From IMG/VR virus record IMGVR_UViG_3300037515_000188, positions 45,849-109,848 of that record: DNA of 64,000 nucleotides. One strand, given 5' to 3'. How positions within the stretch are numbered: position 1 is the first letter of the stretch; every line of letters starts with the position of its first letter. The DNA comes from a virus. Shown in pieces: positions 58,327-64,000 of this stretch. Position numbers and translations under genes: made by a program. The notes under the pieces are model-generated. The model was not told the origin of the DNA and ran no database searches. It saw nothing but the letters and a program-made list of their open reading frames with translations.

Positions 58327-59971
58327 TTGTATTTGGTTTCCACAAGTAAACATCATTTCCGCAATCCCAAATTCTATAATATCCATTATTCATCATATTT
58401 TTATACTCTGATAAATTAGGATCAAAAGTTTCCAATAACTTTGGAAGTTTATGTTTTTGAAATTTATTTCTAGAATATAATTCAAAAATATTATTTATGT
58501 GGAAATATTTGTAATTGGGGGTTGATCGTCGTATTAATTTAAATCCATTCATAAAGTAAATGGAGCCAGAGAAATAAGCAATATCGCAATAAGATATTAT
58601 TGATTCTGGATTAACTTTTATAATAAAATATTTAAATAATTTTGAAAACCCACCTAAAACAGTTATCCCTAACTTATTAGAAAATCTATATAATTCATAT
58701 TCAGCATCTTTACTAAATCTTGAGTTTGAAATTGTCATAACTGAAACCAATTCATTATTGTAAAATAAACCATATCTATATTTTGATGGAATGCTACCTT
58801 GTAAATGATTTTTATTTAAAAATTCAGAGCTAATATTATGAGATAATTCTTTTATTTCACATTTTCTTGCTGGTATTTTTTGATTAATAATATCTAATTT
58901 TTTCTTAATTAAATCCTTTACTATATCTTTTTTTGTCCCCCATTCTGAATCTGTAATATGAATTACATTATATCCATTATTTTCAGCTACCAATGTTTTA
59001 TTTAAATGATAATTTTTATCTTTATGTGTATCAGAATGCCAATATACACCGTTACATTCTATAGCCAATTTTTTATCTGGTAATACGATATCCAGTTCGT
59101 TTGGTGCTATTATAATTCTATCATTATTTAAAACAGTTCCAGAATATATAGATTTTATATATTTAGTGATTTCATATTGAAAAACACTTCCATTAGAAAT
59201 TAATGTATCCACCCATTTAATATTGCTTAAATTCCTGTCTTCAATAATACCATCTACAGTTTTAATTCGAATAGGACTCTTATTATTTTTATATTCAGTA
59301 GATATTAATTCTCCGCCTCTTGATTCAACAATTTTTCGAACATCTTCTATAGTATGCCGTTGTTTCTCAAATCTACTTTCACGAATATATTCTTTTGAAT
59401 ATAATTTGTTCAATTTTCTAATGGATACCAACCCTCGTTCTTCTATTACTCCATCAATTGTTTGAATTTTAATGGGATCATTATATTTTGCTATTGTAGT
59501 TGATAATAGTTTCCCCCCTCTACGTTCTACAATATTTTTAATTTCATTTAAAGACAATTTATTATTTTGGCGTCTATTTTCTATAACTTCTTTCATTGAA
59601 ATTAATTGTTCAGAACTCCGTATACTGCATAAAGATCGTTCTTCAATCTCACCATCAGAAAATTTAATTTTTATTGGCGTTAAATCATTTACATATTCGG
59701 TAGAGAGTAATTCTCCGCCCTTAGATTCAATAATTTTTCTAACTTGATCTATAGATAATCTTGATTTATCAGATAATGATTTTATTTGATTTTTCTTGGA
59801 AATTAATTTTTTGGATGGATATATATTAGTCAAACATCTTGTTTCTATCTCTCCATCTGATGTTTTAATCGTAATAGGGACATTAGTCCCCCCATATTCA
59901 GTAGAAATTAACTCTCCACCTTTAGATTCAACAATTTTTCTAACTTCTTCTATTGATAATTTTTTACCCAT
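58319..59971 (-). CDS. Hef-like homing endonuclease with four N-terminal repeats of about 68 aa
   Basis: SIEEVRKIVESKGGEL repeats; ELDI...AIECNGVYWHS; ARKC; NHLQG; WDCG. Confidence 0.8.
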   Translation of the reverse strand: MGKKLSIEEVRKIVESKGGELISTEYGGTNVPITIKTSDGEIETRCLTNIYPSKKLISKKNQIKSLSDKSRLSIDQVRKIIESKGGELLSTEYVNDLTPIKIKFSDGEIEERSLCSIRSSEQLISMKEVIENRRQNNKLSLNEIKNIVERRGGKLLSTTIAKYNDPIKIQTIDGVIEERGLVSIRKLNKLYSKEYIRESRFEKQRHTIEDVRKIVESRGGELISTEYKNNKSPIRIKTVDGIIEDRNLSNIKWVDTLISNGSVFQYEITKYIKSIYSGTVLNNDRIIIAPNELDIVLPDKKLAIECNGVYWHSDTHKDKNYHLNKTLVAENNGYNVIHITDSEWGTKKDIVKDLIKKKLDIINQKIPARKCEIKELSHNISSEFLNKNHLQGSIPSKYRYGLFYNNELVSVMTISNSRFSKDAEYELYRFSNKLGITVLGGFSKLFKYFIIKVNPESIISYCDIAYFSGSIYFMNGFKLIRRSTPNYKYFHINNIFELYSRNKFQKHKLPKLLETFDPNLSEYKNMMNNGYYRIWDCGNDVYLWKPNTND

Positions 59972-60070
59972 TATAACATTATATCATTAAAATACATAAT
60001 AATCAAGATGTTAATCGATATTTTTACCTATTATTATATTATATCAATAAAATACATAATAATCAATAGT

Positions 60071-61441
60071 TTAGTCAATATTTTTAACCATTCTATTTAA
60101 CCATCCATCAGATTTACTATGTGGCCATACAGTAAAGGTTACTGGAATTTTATTAGCTAAAAATATTAATCTGAAGTCAAACCATTCATTTTGTAAATAT
60201 GTTTTTATTTTTTGTTCCGTTAAATCTTCTCTATATATTTCTTCATAATTTTCATCATGAGACCCCACATAAAAGAAATCATAATCATCTTTTAATTCAC
60301 CTAATTCATCTCTATGGAAAATTATTCTAACATCATTTGATCGACAAAATGATTCTCGCCATGCGTCTTCTGTTGTATAAGGATAATTATTTGGTGGGTC
60401 CTTTCTGTCTATAGTATCTTGTTGAACTCCTCTATATTTAAAACATATTCCCGCATATTCTTCATATTCTCTTAATGTTCGTTCTGTACCAAAACCATAT
60501 TTTCCAAAATCAATTTGTTTTGGGTCTTCACCATCCATACCAAAAAGTATTCTATTCCTCTTATGGGATAAATTATTTCTTTCAACCCAATCTAATTCTA
60601 TAATACCTTTTTTCTTTTCTGGAGTAGTGTGATCGTCCCAAATTTTCTGTCTATTCTTCCGGGTGTATTCGTGCCACGCTATTACTTTATGAGGATGAAA
60701 TAAATCATATCCATGCGTAAATGCTCTTACAGCTATTGATATTTCTTCACCATGGAAAAAATAATTTGGATCATGCTGTACTTCTGTTACAAATTTCCCA
60801 TCTGTGAAACAAAAATGTGCAGAATAAAATCTAGATTTCATAGGTTTATCTAATTCTTTCCAATTATCTATAGTAGAAGGTCTAAAAAATACTGCTCCTT
60901 CTGGTATAAATCTATCAAAATCCATTTTCCATGGGGCCTGAATTCTTGATTCTGGGTCATTATCCGGGTCAAAAGATGGTATATATGCTGTTAATAATGG
61001 TTTTCTACATTCTAAAGTTCTAATAGATTCCAATATATTAATAGATTCTTTATCCCAATGTTTAATAAATCTATGATGAGAATCCAATTGCAATGTATAT
61101 TTCTCATTTTTATAAAATTGTTGTATTTTATTTCTAGCCCAACAGGCACCCTTTGTTGAATTATAATCAATATCTAAAATAGTTAATTTTGAATTTAATT
61201 TTTCCGCAAATATAACATTAGATATATGTTTATAATCATCAATATCTTGAGATGGGTCTTCAAATCCTAAAATATTAAAATCATTTTCTATAAAATCTTC
61301 TAATGTTTCTCCCGATCCGTGTTGCCATGCAATAACAATATGTAAATTTGAAGGATTTTCAGCATTTTCTATTATATTATTTAATGTGGGTAAAAGTTGC
61401 GGGTCTTTATAACTCGCAATCTGGACAAAAATACTATCCAT
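60071..61441 (-). CDS. GT60-family polypeptide N-acetylglucosaminyltransferase
   Basis: IFVQIASYKD, GACWAR, LQLDSHHRF..WD, LLTAY, SAHFCF, FHGEE....RAFTHGYDLFHP. Confidence 0.85.
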   Translation of the reverse strand: MDSIFVQIASYKDPQLLPTLNNIIENAENPSNLHIVIAWQHGSGETLEDFIENDFNILGFEDPSQDIDDYKHISNVIFAEKLNSKLTILDIDYNSTKGACWARNKIQQFYKNEKYTLQLDSHHRFIKHWDKESINILESIRTLECRKPLLTAYIPSFDPDNDPESRIQAPWKMDFDRFIPEGAVFFRPSTIDNWKELDKPMKSRFYSAHFCFTDGKFVTEVQHDPNYFFHGEEISIAVRAFTHGYDLFHPHKVIAWHEYTRKNRQKIWDDHTTPEKKKGIIELDWVERNNLSHKRNRILFGMDGEDPKQIDFGKYGFGTERTLREYEEYAGICFKYRGVQQDTIDRKDPPNNYPYTTEDAWRESFCRSNDVRIIFHRDELGELKDDYDFFYVGSHDENYEEIYREDLTEQKIKTYLQNEWFDFRLIFLANKIPVTFTVWPHSKSDGWLNRMVKNID

Positions 61442-61467
61442 TTTTAAGTCTCTCCTATTCAATATTC

Positions 61468-61836
61468 TTACGTATATTGAGAGCGTTTTGGAGCTACTGA
61501 TACACTACCACGTTTAGGCTTAGAGATTTGTCCACTCGGATATAATATTTTAACATATTGGTGGAAATAATCTAATGCATTAACTCCATTACCTAAAGTT
61601 ATATCAGCTAATGTTGAATACAATGGTTGAAAATCATTAACTCTGGCACTTTTCTGAAGAACTTCAAGAAGTCTTTGCTGATCAATATCATCTAATTCAC
61701 TATTTTTAATAAACCAAATCTCATAAATTGGCGCATTCTTTTCATCTTTACCAACTTCTATAGCTTTGACCACAGTGACTTCCTCGGCAATCCCATTTCG
61801 TTTTAAATCTAAATATTTTATAAATTTTGTTTCCAT
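61468..61836 (-). CDS. hypothetical phage protein
   Basis: SD aggag; LGNGVNALDYFHQ. Confidence 0.65.
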   Translation of the reverse strand: METKFIKYLDLKRNGIAEEVTVVKAIEVGKDEKNAPIYEIWFIKNSELDDIDQQRLLEVLQKSARVNDFQPLYSTLADITLGNGVNALDYFHQYVKILYPSGQISKPKRGSVSVAPKRSQYT

Positions 61837-61919
61837 AATAAAAACTCCTGTAATAAATATACTTGTAAAACAAGTTTTTGTTAATAATATTTATTAGTAA
61901 TAAAATAAGGTGTAACTAT

Positions 61920-62351
61920 ATGAAAGAATATAAGGATAAAACATTAAGAGCGGGCATTATTCCGTTCTATAAAGATAAGAATGATAAAATAATAATGTTG
62001 TTTATGAAACCGTCAAATAAAAAATTTGGTGGGAATAAATTTCAAATAGCTAAGGGAAAAATAGATAAAGGAGAAAATCCATTAGAATCTGCTATTAGAG
62101 AAGCCAAAGAAGAATTAGGTCTTATAGAAAATAATATAAAATGGATTAAAAAGGCTGGTATATATTTAGATAATCATCATATTTTTATAGCTGAGGTTAT
62201 TAACAATAATTCTACAAATTTTAATACTCCACATTATGAAACGGGAGATACTAAATGGATGCAATTGGATGAATTTATGGTTATTGGACGTGAACTACAT
62301 ATCCCTATAATCAAAAAATGTTATAAATTAATTAAACAGGAACTTTATTAA
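61920..62351 (+). CDS. NUDIX hydrolase
   Basis: KGKIDKGE....AIREAKEELG (Nudix box). Confidence 0.9.
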   Translation: MKEYKDKTLRAGIIPFYKDKNDKIIMLFMKPSNKKFGGNKFQIAKGKIDKGENPLESAIREAKEELGLIENNIKWIKKAGIYLDNHHIFIAEVINNNSTNFNTPHYETGDTKWMQLDEFMVIGRELHIPIIKKCYKLIKQELY

Positions 62352-63030
62352 AATTAACAGATAATTTAGAAATAATAGCTGTTAAATTATTTATAAAGAA
62401 AAATCCATTATGTTCATAATCTTTATTTCCTCCTAAATTTATTATAAATTCTTCTGGATTAAAATTATTTGGAACAAAATATGCACAAACTAATTTAGTA
62501 TTTGATTTATGAATATAATCATTTATAGATGAAATTCCCCCATTAGTTATACCACATTTAAAATAATTTCTTTGAAAACCGGGATTAAAAATAATATAAA
62601 AAATATTATTTAATTTTAATATTGTTTCCTCTTTAGATAATAATGTTAATCCTAAAAAGTTTGCCCATGATACCCATTCATCTTTATTTCTATAATATAA
62701 ATCAGGTCGGCGTGGTATATCATTAGGTACTTTTTCGTCATCATTTTTATCTAACCATTGTTGTTTAGTAGATATATTTAATGATTGAGCAAACGCCCGC
62801 GCTTCAATAAATGATCTATATGTTTTTCTTATTATTGGAAACGGATTATTATTCCCTAAAAAATTATTCCATGTAGTAAAATCTTTATAATATGCCCTAT
62901 CTGGTCTTTTTGGTATTCCAGCAGGCTTATTTAAATTATGCCATTTTTTATATTGGGCAACAGATTCTATTCGCTCACTTTGAACTATTTTTTTAGCTTC
63001 CTCAAAAGGTAAATTTACACGAAACGCCAT
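62332..63030 (-). CDS. protein with two phage-integrase-repeat-like units (putative DNA binding)
   Basis: F.EA.........W......IP.RPD..Y...W..FLG x2. Confidence 0.6.
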   Translation of the reverse strand: MAFRVNLPFEEAKKIVQSERIESVAQYKKWHNLNKPAGIPKRPDRAYYKDFTTWNNFLGNNNPFPIIRKTYRSFIEARAFAQSLNISTKQQWLDKNDDEKVPNDIPRRPDLYYRNKDEWVSWANFLGLTLLSKEETILKLNNIFYIIFNPGFQRNYFKCGITNGGISSINDYIHKSNTKLVCAYFVPNNFNPEEFIINLGGNKDYEHNGFFFINNLTAIISKLSVNFNKVPV

Positions 63031-63067
63031 TATAATTCTCTTTAATCATCTCTTATAAATATATATC

Positions 63068-63673
63068 ATGAAATTTAGATATGTATCACTAGCTATAGCT
63101 GAAAGTTTCGACGCATGGAGAATTATACCACGAACTATTTTAATTTTATATTCTACATTAGTTTTTAATTTATATATGTGGTATAGATCAATTCCAACAT
63201 ATATTCAAGAACAATGTGAAGCAGGAGTTTTAAAAATTTTATTAGATTCAGGATTAACATTGGAAGAAGCAAAAACAGTAGCCTGTTCCGTTATAGATAT
63301 TGTAGGCGGACCTACTATGGCGCAATCAACATTTGTAACTACTATTATTGGATTATCCACTGGAATTTTTGGTTTATATGTAGCAACTGGACGTAGATGG
63401 GATCGTAATTTTTCTATGCAAGATAATGATAATAATCCATTTAATGGACCCAATTATCCATATAGTCCAAATAGACCATTCGGTCCCGGAAATCGTCCGT
63501 ATGGTCCAGATAGACCATTTGGTCCGGAGAATAATTATGATCCAAATAATAATCCATATGGACCGGAGCCAAATCCATATAATCCCCATAATCCCCATAA
63601 TAAAGATCGTGGTCCATGGGGAGACTCACAACTTCAAAATGATGGGGATAGTGGTGATGAAGATAATATATAA
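63068..63673 (+). CDS. membrane protein with P/N/G-rich tail (holin-like candidate)
   Basis: TM segments; DAWRIIPR; TATAAATA late promoter. Confidence 0.55.
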   Translation: MKFRYVSLAIAESFDAWRIIPRTILILYSTLVFNLYMWYRSIPTYIQEQCEAGVLKILLDSGLTLEEAKTVACSVIDIVGGPTMAQSTFVTTIIGLSTGIFGLYVATGRRWDRNFSMQDNDNNPFNGPNYPYSPNRPFGPGNRPYGPDRPFGPENNYDPNNNPYGPEPNPYNPHNPHNKDRGPWGDSQLQNDGDSGDEDNI

Positions 63674-63948
63674 GATTTAGTTAAAATGTTTAAAAAATTA
63701 TGTTTTTCTTTTATTATATCATTCATATCATATTTGTAACAAAATTTTAAAAATGATAGTATATTAAATTTTCCAGAATTTTTAATTCCATTATCAATAG
63801 TTTTATTAATTATTTCTTTTATATATTCAGGTTGGTTATTTAATCCCATTAATATTTTATTTTCTTCAAATAATTGTTTAGTTTTATATTCATATTTAAT
63901 GAGTTCGTCATTATCATTAAGTTCTTCTACTACAAATTCATAATTCAT
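63634..63948 (-). CDS. hypothetical protein
   Basis: ORF. Confidence 0.45.
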   Translation of the reverse strand: MNYEFVVEELNDNDELIKYEYKTKQLFEENKILMGLNNQPEYIKEIINKTIDNGIKNSGKFNILSFLKFCYKYDMNDIIKEKHNFLNILTKSYILSSSPLSPSF

Positions 63949-64000
63949 TATATTACTTTTAATATAATCATTATTATATGCATCTATTATTTTATTTTTT

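Overview
This is a very AT-rich segment of a large lytic tailed phage with T4-like transcription signals (sigma70-type TTGACA-N17-TATAAT early promoters and ATAAATA/TATAAATA late promoters). It is most likely a jumbo myophage. Layout: (1) 1-5.4 kb, a plus-strand early/host-takeover region of small genes (Lar-like, RadC-like, ArdA-like) with two candidate structured ncRNAs. (2) 5.8-11.7 kb, one promoter driving a tandem array of about 32-35 paralogous mini-genes of about 45-70 aa, with conserved ends and hypervariable middles. (3) Three tandem kinase-like genes with an MKLNEII N-terminus. (4) Metabolism and replication genes: DNA ligase, DEDDh exonuclease, GMP reductase, PTH2-like protein, thymidylate synthase, NUDIX hydrolase, tRNA-Gly and a lysozyme. 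(5) Late/virion genes, six of them with mucin-like Thr-Pro repeats. (6) A roughly 465-bp inverted repeat of a fibre-like gene that may switch C-terminal cassettes. (7) Two TnpB elements plus derivatives, all inserted after GAT. (8) Glycan-building genes: a GT60-type polypeptide GlcNAc transferase, HtrL/YibB-like proteins, a carbamoyltransferase, a sulfotransferase, and GT8-like and Maf-like enzymes. The best candidates for undescribed systems are a phage mucin-type O-glycosylation system, the self-punctuating mini-gene array, and the stop-codon-gated fibre inversion switch. All family calls come from recognising motifs by eye; no searches were run.
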